From Stellaceae bacterium (GTDB lineage: Bacteria > Pseudomonadota > Alphaproteobacteria > ATCC43930 > CGMCC-115725), in contig DATMLO010000127.1 of the NCBI GenBank assembly GCA_035570495.1, forward strand, positions 5,173 through 69,172: a DNA stretch of 64,000 bases, read 5' to 3'. A model generated the notes under the pieces. That model was not told the origin of the DNA and ran no database searches. It saw only the letters and a program-made list of their open reading frames with translations. Both the position numbers and the translations under genes were made by a program. This document shows, one piece after another, positions 45,781 through 54,251 of the stretch. Within the stretch, counting starts at the first letter, position 1; each line of letters starts with the position of its first letter.

Positions 45781-47310
45781 TCAAGCGAGCGCCCCGATCG
45801 GGGCCGGCGAGGGCTCGATTAAATCGCTGTCATCCGCAAGGGGGCAGAGGTCGGCTACCCGCCGCTCAGTGACCGGCACCGTCCCGTCGGCGATATCGAA
45901 ATACAGATTTCGCAGCGCATCGGCGGCCAGCTCGGGGGTCATCCGCGGCGGCAGATTGAGGCATTTGCACGATTCCTTGACCTGGTCGCAAATAAACTTC
46001 GGCTGGTAATAGGCAAGGCCGAACGGCGCCAATTGTTCGATGACGTAGTCGATCACCTCTTCAGAAAACGCCAGCGAGCGGGACGCCGCCGCGCTAGCGA
46101 AAATCTGGCGATATTCTTCGGGCTCGGGCGCGTCGAGCTTGAGCTTGTATTGGATGCGCCGCAGGAATGCCGGGTCGATCAGGTCGGCCGGTTTGAGGTT
46201 GGTCGAGAACACCAGCAGGACGTCGAACGGAAGAGAGAAACTGGCGCCGGTGCTGAGCTTCAGGTAGTCGACGCGGCTCTCCATCGGCACGATCCACCGG
46301 TTGAGCAGCTCGTCCGGCCGGAATTGCTGCCGGCCGAAATCGTCGATCAGAAACATCCCGTTGAACGCCTTGACGTGCAGCGGCGCGTCGTAGACGCCGT
46401 TGTTCGGCCCGCGCGGCAGGTCGAGCATGTCGAGGGTGAATTCGCCGCCCGCAACGACGACAGGCCGGCGGCACGGCACCCAGCGCTGGTCGAAGGTCTC
46501 GACGTAAAGGCTGCTGCCAAGCTCGGTGTTGATCGTCTCGGTCACCACCGGCTGGTGCAGGCTCTGATCGAAGACTTTCATGATTTTGCCGCCGACTTCG
46601 ACCGCGTACGGGATGTAGACGACATCCTTGAACATCTGGCCGATACGCGTCGCGAGCGTGGTCTTGCCGTTGCCCGGCGGTCCGAAGAGCAGGATGCTGC
46701 GGCCCGAACGGACAGCGGGCAGCAACCGGCGAATATATTCCTCGGAGATGACGAGGCCCCCGAAGCCCTGGCGCAAAGCGTCGACATCGAGCGCTTCGTT
46801 GGATATCCGCTGCTGCTCGATTTGATGCTGGAAGGCCTGCAGCGTCACGGGCGCCGGACCGACATACTCATTCTCTTCTTCGGCTTCCCTCGCCGCGGCA
46901 CGGCCCTGCTCACTCAACCCGTAACGCAGCAGAAGCCCGACCCCAGCCGACCCGCTGCCCAGCGCCTGGACCAGCCGCTGCTTGACCAGCTCGCTCACGA
47001 GCTGGTCGACCAGACGGCGATGCAGCTTGAGGTGGTTGGCGATCTGCACGGCGGTTTCGGCGCGCTCGCGCAGCATCAGCTTGAGCACCAAGCCGAGAAG
47101 CATCGTTTCGTGGATGCCGGTCTCTTCGAGCGAAGACGGCACCGGCGGGGTGCCTTCGATGGCCGCGGAGAGCTGCTCCTCGCTCAGCAGATCGAGCGCG
47201 ACAAGGTTGTCGCGCAGCCGCCCGCCGTAAGCCTGTTGCCGCTGCAAAGCAAACTCGATGTCGGCCGCGGTAACCAGCCCGCGGGCGACCAGCATTTCCC
47301 CTAAACGCAT
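45781..47310 (-). CDS. AAA+ ATPase with N-terminal MshEN (T2SSE_N-like) domain
   Basis: Residues 2-25, RLGEMLVARGLVTAADIEFALQRQ, fit the MshEN consensus. A 5-residue spacer and a second degenerate copy follow. Walker A is GPPGNGKT (46660-46683) and Walker B is FLIDDF. Confidence 0.8.
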   Translation of the reverse strand: MRLGEMLVARGLVTAADIEFALQRQQAYGGRLRDNLVALDLLSEEQLSAAIEGTPPVPSSLEETGIHETMLLGLVLKLMLRERAETAVQIANHLKLHRRLVDQLVSELVKQRLVQALGSGSAGVGLLLRYGLSEQGRAAAREAEEENEYVGPAPVTLQAFQHQIEQQRISNEALDVDALRQGFGGLVISEEYIRRLLPAVRSGRSILLFGPPGNGKTTLATRIGQMFKDVVYIPYAVEVGGKIMKVFDQSLHQPVVTETINTELGSSLYVETFDQRWVPCRRPVVVAGGEFTLDMLDLPRGPNNGVYDAPLHVKAFNGMFLIDDFGRQQFRPDELLNRWIVPMESRVDYLKLSTGASFSLPFDVLLVFSTNLKPADLIDPAFLRRIQYKLKLDAPEPEEYRQIFASAAASRSLAFSEEVIDYVIEQLAPFGLAYYQPKFICDQVKESCKCLNLPPRMTPELAADALRNLYFDIADGTVPVTERRVADLCPLADDSDLIEPSPAPIGALA

Positions 47311-47397
47311 GTCACCATTCCCCGTTTACGCGCACGACGTTAGCGGGAGAATCGTTTATTTCTCGTGTATTACCGCGTGATCGCCCGCCTGATATCG

Positions 47398-49932
47398 CTA
47401 CTCGTGACGCAGCTCGCGCGCGGCGGGCGCGCCGAGAATCCGCCAGGTTCCGGCAAAGCCGAGCGCCATCGTCAGCACCACCGCCGCGGCGAGCACGATG
47501 ACGAGCGGCCCGGGCACGAAACTCCAATCGGAACGCAGCGGCCCGGTCACCAGCAGATAGGCGATCGCCGTACCCAGCGCGGCGGCGATCACCGCGCCGA
47601 CGAGGCCCATCAAGCCGTACTCGACAAGAAACGCCGCAGCGACGGTGCGTCTCGTCGCGCCGAGCACCTTCAGCACCACGGCGTCGTAAACGCGGCGGCG
47701 GTAATCGGCGGCGATCGCGCCACCCAGCACCAGGGCGCCGGCGACGAGCGTCACCAGCGCCGCGAGGCGGATCGCCGCGCCGATCGCGACGACGATCTTT
47801 TCCAACGCGTCGAGCGCCTCGCGCACCGGGATCGCCGAGACATTGGGGTCGGCGGCGACGACCTGGCCGACCAGTTGTTCTTCCCTATTCTCGGGCAACC
47901 ACGCCGCCGCGAGCACCGTATGCGGCGCGGCCTCCAAGGTGCCCGGCGCGAAAACGATGGCGAAATTGATGCCGAGCCGCGTCCAGTCGATACTGCGCAG
48001 ATTGGCGATGGTCGCGGTGACCTCGCGGCCGAGCACATTGACGGTCAGCGTATCGCCGACCTTGAGCCCCATGCCATGCGCCAGGCCGGCGTCGAACGAG
48101 ATCAGCGGCGGCCCGTGGTAATCGGCCGGCCACCAATTTCCGGCGGCAACCTCCGAGCCTTTCGGCACGGCGGCTGAATAGGTGAGTCCACGATCGCTGT
48201 TGAGCGCCCAGCGCGCATCGGGCGCCACCGCCGCGTTCTCGACCGGCACGCCGTTGAGCTTGGTGATGCGGCCGCGCAGCATCGGCACCTCTTCGACCCT
48301 CGTATCGGGGATCGCGCGCACCATGCCCTCGAAGCCGGCGAGCTGGGCCGGCTGGATGTCGAGAAAGAAATAGGCCGGTGCGCCCTCGGCGATGCTGCCT
48401 TCGATCTCGGCGGAAAGGCTCGCCTGGACCAGCGCCACCGCGACCAGCACGGTGAGGCCAATGCCAAGCGACAGCACGACGCGCGCGGTCGGCGCTCCCG
48501 GTCGATGCAGATTGGCCAGCGCCAGACGCAGCACGAAACGACGTGGCCGGCCAATGCGGCGCGCGGCGGTGACGATCGCCTCACCGGCGAGGCGGAAGAC
48601 GGCAAAGGAAAGAATCGCGCCGGCGACGTACCACAGCGCGATGGCGCGGTCGGTCGCGGTGACGGTCAACAGCGACGCGAGCATCAACCCGGCGATGCCG
48701 GTTCCGAGGATCGCGGCGAGCGGCAGGCGGCGGCGCGACGGCGCGATCACGTCGCGCAGCAGCTGGCCGGGCGCGACCCGTCCCGCGCCCGCGAGCGGCA
48801 GCAGCGCGAACATCACCACCGCGAGCGCGCCATCGGCCGCGGCGATGGCGAGCGGCAACGGGTGCACGCCGACCCGGAGCGGGACGGGCAGCAGCTTTGC
48901 GATAAACGGCGCGACGGCGACCGGCAGCAGCGCGCCGAGGACGAGGCCCACCACGATGCCGCCGAGCGCGAGGATACCGATCTGCGTGGCGTAAGCCGCG
49001 AAGACGAGGCGGTTCGAGGCCCCCAAGGATTTGAGAACCGCGATCGTCGCGGTCTTGGCGCTGACAAAATACGACACCGCGCTGGCAATGCCGATCCCAC
49101 CGACGAGCAGCGCGGTGATCCCGACCAGACCGAGAAACAGCGCGATGCGATCGATAAAGCGCTGCAGGGCGGGGCTCGCCTCGCCGGCGGTACGCACCTG
49201 CCAGCCGGAATCGGGGAATTTGTCGCGCGCCTGCCTCACCCAGGCGGCGGGGTCGCTGCCGGGCGAGAGCTTTACGCGGTAATCGTAATTGACGAGCGCG
49301 CCGGGCTGCAGCAGCCCGGTTGACGGCAGCGCCGCCATCGACACGGTCACCCCCGGCCCGAATGCCAGGCCAGAGAGCGCGGCGTCAGGCGCTCGCTGCA
49401 TCGTCGCGCGCAGCTCGAGGGTGGCGGCGCCGATCTTGAATTTGTCGCCGATCTTGAGGCCAAGCCGTTCGGCGGCCGCGGGCGCGACGACCGCGCCGTA
49501 GACGCCGTCACGTGCCGCGAGCACGCCGGCCAGCGGTTGCGGCGGACCCAGCTGCACGGCGCCGTAGAGCGGGTACGCGCCGTCGACCGCCTTCAGCTCG
49601 ATGAGCGTGTGGCGCGCGCCGCCAGGCAACGCTGACTCTGAGGATACGGCCATCGATTGCAGCAAGGCGATTTCCGACACCTGGCCGCTTTGGTCGAGAA
49701 ATTCGCGCTCGGCCGCGCTCGCCTCGCGATGTACGAGCCGTGCCGACGCGTCGCCACCAAACAGCACGCGGGCATCGTTATGGATCGCCACGCCGACCGC
49801 TGCGCCCAGCGAGCCGATCCCGGCGATCGCGCCGACCCCGAGCACCAGGCAGGCGAGAAAGACGCGGAAGCCTCGCACCCCACCGCGCAACTCGCGCAGG
49901 GCGAGGGTGAATGGGTAGCGCCAGTGGCTCAC
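47398..49932 (-). CDS. FtsX-family ABC transporter permease with two FtsX domains (YbbP-like)
   Basis: It is a large 10-TM-like protein. The GTG at 49932 (VSHWRYPFTLALRELR) lies just past the REP element. The ATG at 50028 would add 32 REP-encoded residues. Confidence 0.85.
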   Translation of the reverse strand: MSHWRYPFTLALRELRGGVRGFRVFLACLVLGVGAIAGIGSLGAAVGVAIHNDARVLFGGDASARLVHREASAAEREFLDQSGQVSEIALLQSMAVSSESALPGGARHTLIELKAVDGAYPLYGAVQLGPPQPLAGVLAARDGVYGAVVAPAAAERLGLKIGDKFKIGAATLELRATMQRAPDAALSGLAFGPGVTVSMAALPSTGLLQPGALVNYDYRVKLSPGSDPAAWVRQARDKFPDSGWQVRTAGEASPALQRFIDRIALFLGLVGITALLVGGIGIASAVSYFVSAKTATIAVLKSLGASNRLVFAAYATQIGILALGGIVVGLVLGALLPVAVAPFIAKLLPVPLRVGVHPLPLAIAAADGALAVVMFALLPLAGAGRVAPGQLLRDVIAPSRRRLPLAAILGTGIAGLMLASLLTVTATDRAIALWYVAGAILSFAVFRLAGEAIVTAARRIGRPRRFVLRLALANLHRPGAPTARVVLSLGIGLTVLVAVALVQASLSAEIEGSIAEGAPAYFFLDIQPAQLAGFEGMVRAIPDTRVEEVPMLRGRITKLNGVPVENAAVAPDARWALNSDRGLTYSAAVPKGSEVAAGNWWPADYHGPPLISFDAGLAHGMGLKVGDTLTVNVLGREVTATIANLRSIDWTRLGINFAIVFAPGTLEAAPHTVLAAAWLPENREEQLVGQVVAADPNVSAIPVREALDALEKIVVAIGAAIRLAALVTLVAGALVLGGAIAADYRRRVYDAVVLKVLGATRRTVAAAFLVEYGLMGLVGAVIAAALGTAIAYLLVTGPLRSDWSFVPGPLVIVLAAAVVLTMALGFAGTWRILGAPAARELRHE

Positions 49933-49935
49933 CAG

Positions 49936-50002
49936 CCCCTCACCCTCCCATCGCGGCGCGATGGGCCCCTCCCTCTCCCCGCTTTGGCGGGGCGAGGGGA
50001 TT
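49936..50002. repeat. REP-like element, copy R2
   Basis: The sequence is cccctcaccc tCCCATCGCggcGCGATGGG cccctCCCTCTCCCCgctttgGCGGGGCGAGGGgatt. It is near-identical in architecture to 54866-54928. Confidence 0.8.
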
Positions 50003-50698
50003 TCGAATGTCCTCGACGATGCGGCCATCGCTCATGTGCAGCTGGCGCGCGCAGCGGTCGGCGAGCCGGATGTCGTGCGTGATCAAGAGGAGGCTCGTGC
50101 CCTGGCGCGCGTGCTGGGCGAAGAGGCAATCGATGACCACCTCGCCGGTCGCCGCATCGAGATTGCCGGTCGGCTCATCGGCGAGGATCAATCGCGGCGC
50201 GGCGACAAAGGCGCGGGCGATCGCGACGCGCTGCTGCTCGCCGCCGGAAAGCTGCGCCGGATAATGGGTGAGGCGCCGGTCGAGCCCGACCCGGCCGAGC
50301 GCCGCTTCGGCTTGCGCGAGGGCATCGCCGGCGCCGGCCAATTCGAGCGGGATCGCGACATTTTCGAGCGCGGTCATCGTCGGGATCAGGTGAAACGCCT
50401 GAAAGACGATGCCGACATGGGCGCGCCGCAAGCGCGCGAGCCCGTCTTCATCGAGCGCCGCAAGATCGCTGCCGGCAACGGCGACACGGCCGCTCGAGGG
50501 CCGCTCGAGCCCGGCGGCGACCATCATCAGCGTCGATGTCCCCGAGCCCGAGGGCCCGAGCAGCGCCACGGTCTCGCCCGCGGCGATCTCAAGCGAAACC
50601 CCGCGCAAAATGTTGACGGGGCCGGCCGCGCTCCCCAGTGTTAAATGGACATCCTCTAGAACCACGAGCGGGCTCTCGGAATGGGGCGAGACGGTCAT
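49940..50698 (-). CDS. ABC transporter ATP-binding protein (YbbA/LolD-like)
   Basis: Walker A is GPSGSGTST, the signature is LSGGEQQR and Walker B is LILADEPT. The last 20 or so residues (PLAPPKRGEGGAHRAAMGG) and the stop codon are encoded by the REP element. Confidence 0.9.
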   Translation of the reverse strand: MTVSPHSESPLVVLEDVHLTLGSAAGPVNILRGVSLEIAAGETVALLGPSGSGTSTLMMVAAGLERPSSGRVAVAGSDLAALDEDGLARLRRAHVGIVFQAFHLIPTMTALENVAIPLELAGAGDALAQAEAALGRVGLDRRLTHYPAQLSGGEQQRVAIARAFVAAPRLILADEPTGNLDAATGEVVIDCLFAQHARQGTSLLLITHDIRLADRCARQLHMSDGRIVEDIRNPLAPPKRGEGGAHRAAMGG

Positions 50699-50777
50699 TT
50701 CGAGTCAAACCGGAGAGCCGCGCAAAAGCTCCGTCGATATGGGGTCTTTTCCCCTCTCGCCAAGTTGCGACGTAATT

Positions 50778-50830
50778 TCTCTCCCCCTCCGCCCCCGGGG
50801 GTGGAGGGGGCCGGGGTGAGGCGGGGGATT
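50778..50830. repeat. REP-like element, inverted-orientation variant (R5)
   Basis: The sequence is ttctctCCCCCTCCGCCCCCGGGGGTGGAGGGGGccggggtgaggcggggg. In reverse complement it contains the CCTCACCCC box followed by a hairpin. Confidence 0.55.
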
Positions 50831-50851
50831 TCAGAGACGTCCGAGCATTCC

Positions 50852-50913
50852 CACCTCACCCGGCCGTCGCTGCGCGCCGGCTTCCCTCTCCCCCCAATGG
50901 GCGGAGAGGGATT
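50852..50913. repeat. REP-like element, copy R4
   Basis: The sequence is cacctcaccc GGCCGtcgctgcgcGCCGGc ttCCCTCTCCccccaatgggcGGAGAGGGatt. Confidence 0.65.
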
Positions 50914-50920
50914 AGTTTTG

Positions 50921-51544
50921 ATGGCCATCCTTGCCTTAGCACTGCTGCTCATTCCGATGTCCGCCTCAGCCGGAACCCCCGAAGTGCTTGCCTTTGGCGA
51001 CAGCCTGACCGCCGGGCTCGGCCTGCCGGCGAACGAGGCGTTTCCCGCCCAGCTGCAGGCGCGGCTCAAGCGCGAGGGGATCGATGCCACGGTCGTGAAT
51101 GCCGGTGTGTCGGGCGACACGACGACCGACGGTCTCGCGCGGCTCGATTGGGCGCTCGCCGACAAGCCGGGTTATGTGATCCTGGCGCTCGGCGCCAACG
51201 ACATGCTGCGCGGGATCGACCCGAAGATCGTCCGCGCCAATCTCGACAAGATGATCGACAAGATCACCGCGTCGGGCGCCAAGATATTGCTGCTCGGCAT
51301 GCGGTCGTCGCCAGATTGGGGCCCGCAATACGAGCGCGACTTCGATGCGATCTATCCCGATCTGGCGAAGGCGCACGGTGTGCCGCTCTATCCCTTTTTC
51401 CTGGAGGGCGTGGCGATGGACCCAGCATTGAACCAGCCCGACGGGCTGCACCCGAATGAGCGCGGCGTCGCGATCGTGGTCGATCATGTCGCGCCGCTGG
51501 TGGCGAAGATGATCGGCAGCGCCGGCGCGGAGGGCAAATCATGA
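50921..51544 (+). CDS. SGNH/GDSL arylesterase-thioesterase (TesA-like)
   Basis: It has a signal peptide, then FGDSLTAG (block I), GANDMLRG (block III) and DGLHPN (block V). It is divergent from the ybbA/ybbP-like genes, as tesA is in E. coli. Confidence 0.88.
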   Translation: MAILALALLLIPMSASAGTPEVLAFGDSLTAGLGLPANEAFPAQLQARLKREGIDATVVNAGVSGDTTTDGLARLDWALADKPGYVILALGANDMLRGIDPKIVRANLDKMIDKITASGAKILLLGMRSSPDWGPQYERDFDAIYPDLAKAHGVPLYPFFLEGVAMDPALNQPDGLHPNERGVAIVVDHVAPLVAKMIGSAGAEGKS

Positions 51545-52674
51545 GCGCCGGGTTTACCGCGGCCTTTGCCGCCGGCGACCCCGCGACGCTCGGCGCGCGG
51601 CTGGTCGCCCAGCTGCCACGCGAGGCGGAAGCGACGCTCGGCATCCTTTATGTCAGCGAGCCGGCGGCGCCAGTGCTGCCACGGCTGGTCGACGAGCTCG
51701 CCGCCGGCACCGGCATCGAGCATTGGACGGGCGGGGTCGGCCTCGGCGTCTGCGCCTCCGGCGAGGAGGTCTACGACCAGCCGGCCGCCGCGGTGTTGAC
51801 GGCCGCGGTGCCCGAGGACTCGTTCCGCATTTTCGCCTCGACCGGCGACCCGGCCGCCGATCTGCCGCGCCGCCACGGCACGTGGATCGACGCGACGCAG
51901 CCGATCCTGGCGCTCGTCCATGCCGACCCGCGCTGCCCCGATCTCTTACGCGCAACGATCGACGCGGGCGCCGCGACCGGCGCGTTTCTCGTCGGCGGGC
52001 TGGTCTCGCACCGCACCGGCGCGACGCTGGTGGCGCGGACGGCCGGAAGCAACGAAGCGGGCACTGGCGCCGGCGGGATGGCCGGGCTGATGCTCGCGCC
52101 GGGGGTCGGCGTGGCGACGGCGCTGTCGCAGGGCTGCATGCCGATCGGCCCGGTGCGGCGCATCGACGAGGCGCGCGACAATGTCGTGATGGTCATCGAC
52201 GGCCGCCCGGCGCTCGACGTGTTCAAGGAGGATATCGGCCCGCAGCTCACACAGGATTTGCGCCGGGTCGGCGGCATCATCTTCGCCGGGCTGCCGGTCA
52301 CCGGCTCGGATACCGGCGATTATCTGGTAAGGAACCTGATGGCGATCGACCCGGGCCAGGGCTGGATCGTGCTCGGCGCGGAAGTGTCGCCGGGCGACCC
52401 GATCGTGTTCTGCCGCCGCGACCCCGAAAGCGCCAAGCAGGACCTCACCCGGATGGTCAAGCAGCTTGCCGGCCGGCTGAGCGGGCCGCCCAAGGCTGGG
52501 GTCTATGTGAGCTGCGTCGCGCGCGGCGTCTCGCTGTTCGGCGAGGAGGGGATCGAGACGACCGTGATCCGCGAGACGCTCGGCGACTTCCCGCTGGTCG
52601 GGTTTTTCGCCAATGGCGAAATCTCGCGCGACCGACTCTACGGCCATACCGGGATTTTGACGCTGTTTACGTGA
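51541..52674 (+). CDS. FIST domain signal-transduction protein
   Basis: Over its full length it resembles FIST_N/FIST_C proteins (ILYVSEP..., GFFANGEI near the C-terminus). It has an ATGA overlap with the esterase gene. Confidence 0.7.
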   Translation: MSAGFTAAFAAGDPATLGARLVAQLPREAEATLGILYVSEPAAPVLPRLVDELAAGTGIEHWTGGVGLGVCASGEEVYDQPAAAVLTAAVPEDSFRIFASTGDPAADLPRRHGTWIDATQPILALVHADPRCPDLLRATIDAGAATGAFLVGGLVSHRTGATLVARTAGSNEAGTGAGGMAGLMLAPGVGVATALSQGCMPIGPVRRIDEARDNVVMVIDGRPALDVFKEDIGPQLTQDLRRVGGIIFAGLPVTGSDTGDYLVRNLMAIDPGQGWIVLGAEVSPGDPIVFCRRDPESAKQDLTRMVKQLAGRLSGPPKAGVYVSCVARGVSLFGEEGIETTVIRETLGDFPLVGFFANGEISRDRLYGHTGILTLFT

Positions 52675-52681
52675 TCCAGCC

Positions 52682-52776
52682 GTCATTGCGAGGAGCACAG
52701 CGACGAAGCAATCTCTTCCCGGCTTGGCCCTCTATTGCGGGAGATTGCCGCGGCGCCTCCGGCGCCTCGCAATGAC
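52682..52776. repeat. nested-palindrome MITE/REP-like element (GTCATTGCGAGG ... CCTCGCAATGAC)
   Basis: The outer 12-bp arms lie at 52682-52693 and 52765-52776. An inner GCAATCTC/GAGATTGC pair is also present. GTCATTGCGAGGAGC..AGCGACGAAGCAATC is a repeat type I recognise from alphaproteobacterial intergenic DNA. Confidence 0.6.
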
Positions 52777-52788
52777 ACGAGACGAAGA

Positions 52789-53325
52789 ATGCTGCGGCTG
52801 TTTGTCGGGATCGAGTTTTCGCCGGAATTGCGGCTGCGGCTGTCGCTCTTACAAAGCGGCGTCACCGGCGCGAAATGGGTCGACCCGGGCAATTTCCATT
52901 TGACGCTCAGATTTATCGGCGAGGTCGACGAGGGCATCGCGGCCGATGTCGACGAGGCGCTGCTGCGGCTGAAGGCGCGGCCGTTTTCGCTGCAGCTCGC
53001 AGGGGTCGGCACGTTTGGTGGCGACAAGCCCCGGCAGCTCTGGGTAGGGGTCGAGCGCGAGCCGGCGCTCGGCGCGCTGCAGAGCAAGATCGAGCAGGCG
53101 CTGATGCGCGCCGGCCTGCCGCCCGAGCCGCGCAAATTCACGCCGCACGTCACGCTCGCCCGGCTGTGGCAGCCAAAGCGCGGCGACATTCAGCAATTCC
53201 TCGCGAGCCACGCGCAATTTCGCGCCGAGCCGCTCAAGGTCGAGCGCTTCAGCCTGATCGCGAGCTACCCAACGAAGGCAGGGTCGGTCTACGAAGACCA
53301 GGCCGATTATCCGCTGACAGGCTAG
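52789..53325 (+). CDS. thpR: RNA 2',3'-cyclic phosphodiesterase (2H phosphoesterase, ThpR/LigT)
   Basis: It has two HxT/S motifs (FHLTLRF and PHVTLARL). The ATG at 52789 (MLRLFVGIEF) lies just after the repeat. Confidence 0.85.
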   Translation: MLRLFVGIEFSPELRLRLSLLQSGVTGAKWVDPGNFHLTLRFIGEVDEGIAADVDEALLRLKARPFSLQLAGVGTFGGDKPRQLWVGVEREPALGALQSKIEQALMRAGLPPEPRKFTPHVTLARLWQPKRGDIQQFLASHAQFRAEPLKVERFSLIASYPTKAGSVYEDQADYPLTG

Positions 53326-54251
53326 GCCGCGCCGGCGCCGACGGCCAGTTCCGTCGTCGAATCTTCCGACTCGGGAGCGAGCGTCACGATGCGGTTCCGG
53401 CCGGTGGCTTTGGCCGTGTAAAGCGCGCGGTCGGCGCGCTGGGTCAACGTCTCGGATGTCTCGGCATGCGCGAGAGACGTCAGCCCGGCGCTGCAGGTCA
53501 CGGTGATGATGCGGTCGCCGACGGTGACGCGTGCCCGCTCGCGAATGCTGTCGCAGACGCGCCCCATGATCGTCACCGCATCCTTGAGACACGCGCCGGG
53601 CAGCAGGACGACGAATTCCTCGCCACCAATCCGCGCGACATGATCGTAGGCCCGCAACGCATGCTCGATGGCGCGCGCGACGGCGACCAGCACGCGATCG
53701 CCGACCGGGTGACCCCAGCTGTCGTTGACCGCCTTGAAATGGTCGATATCGAGCATCGCCAGCGACAGTGGATGACCGGAGCGGCGCGCGCGGGGCATCT
53801 CACGGATCAACGTCTGCTCGAAAAACCGCCGGTTGCCGAGCTTGGTCAGCGGATCAGCGAAAGCCAGCTCCTTGAGATAATCCTCATGCCCGACCTCGAG
53901 CGTGATATCGCGCTCGATCGCGGCAAAACGCCGGATCTCGCCCTCCTGCGGCAGGGGGACGATGTTCATATCGATCCACACCTGCTGACCGTCGCGGCCG
54001 TAATTGAGGATGCGGCGGCGTATCGCCTCGCCTTTGTGCACCGCCTTGCTGATTTCCTGGATTATCCCGAGGCTGGTGCCGGGGCCCTGGAGCATGCGCG
54101 GCGACCGCCCGATCACCTCTTCCTTGGCATAGCCGAAGATCCGCTCGAACGCCTCGTTGGCGTAGATGATCTTGAAGCCGCCGTCCCGGTTGGGATCGAG
54201 CTCGGCGACGATGATCGCGTCGTTGGCCTGGTTGACGATGCGCTCAAACAC
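53322..54251 (-). CDS. PAS-GGDEF diguanylate cyclase
   Basis: The N-terminus is PAS-like (NDAIIVAEL...). The active site is RIGGEEFVVLLP, with DIDHFKAVND upstream. The start is GTG. Confidence 0.9.
   Translation of the reverse strand: MFERIVNQANDAIIVAELDPNRDGGFKIIYANEAFERIFGYAKEEVIGRSPRMLQGPGTSLGIIQEISKAVHKGEAIRRRILNYGRDGQQVWIDMNIVPLPQEGEIRRFAAIERDITLEVGHEDYLKELAFADPLTKLGNRRFFEQTLIREMPRARRSGHPLSLAMLDIDHFKAVNDSWGHPVGDRVLVAVARAIEHALRAYDHVARIGGEEFVVLLPGACLKDAVTIMGRVCDSIRERARVTVGDRIITVTCSAGLTSLAHAETSETLTQRADRALYTAKATGRNRIVTLAPESEDSTTELAVGAGAA

Noticed and set aside
50681-50920. The N-terminal extension of the TesA-like ORF (start 50681) and of the thpR ORF (start 52735).
   Set aside because: Both extensions are translations of REP/MITE-like repeats. 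Internal ATGs give a proper signal peptide (tesA-like) and the family-typical N-terminus (thpR).
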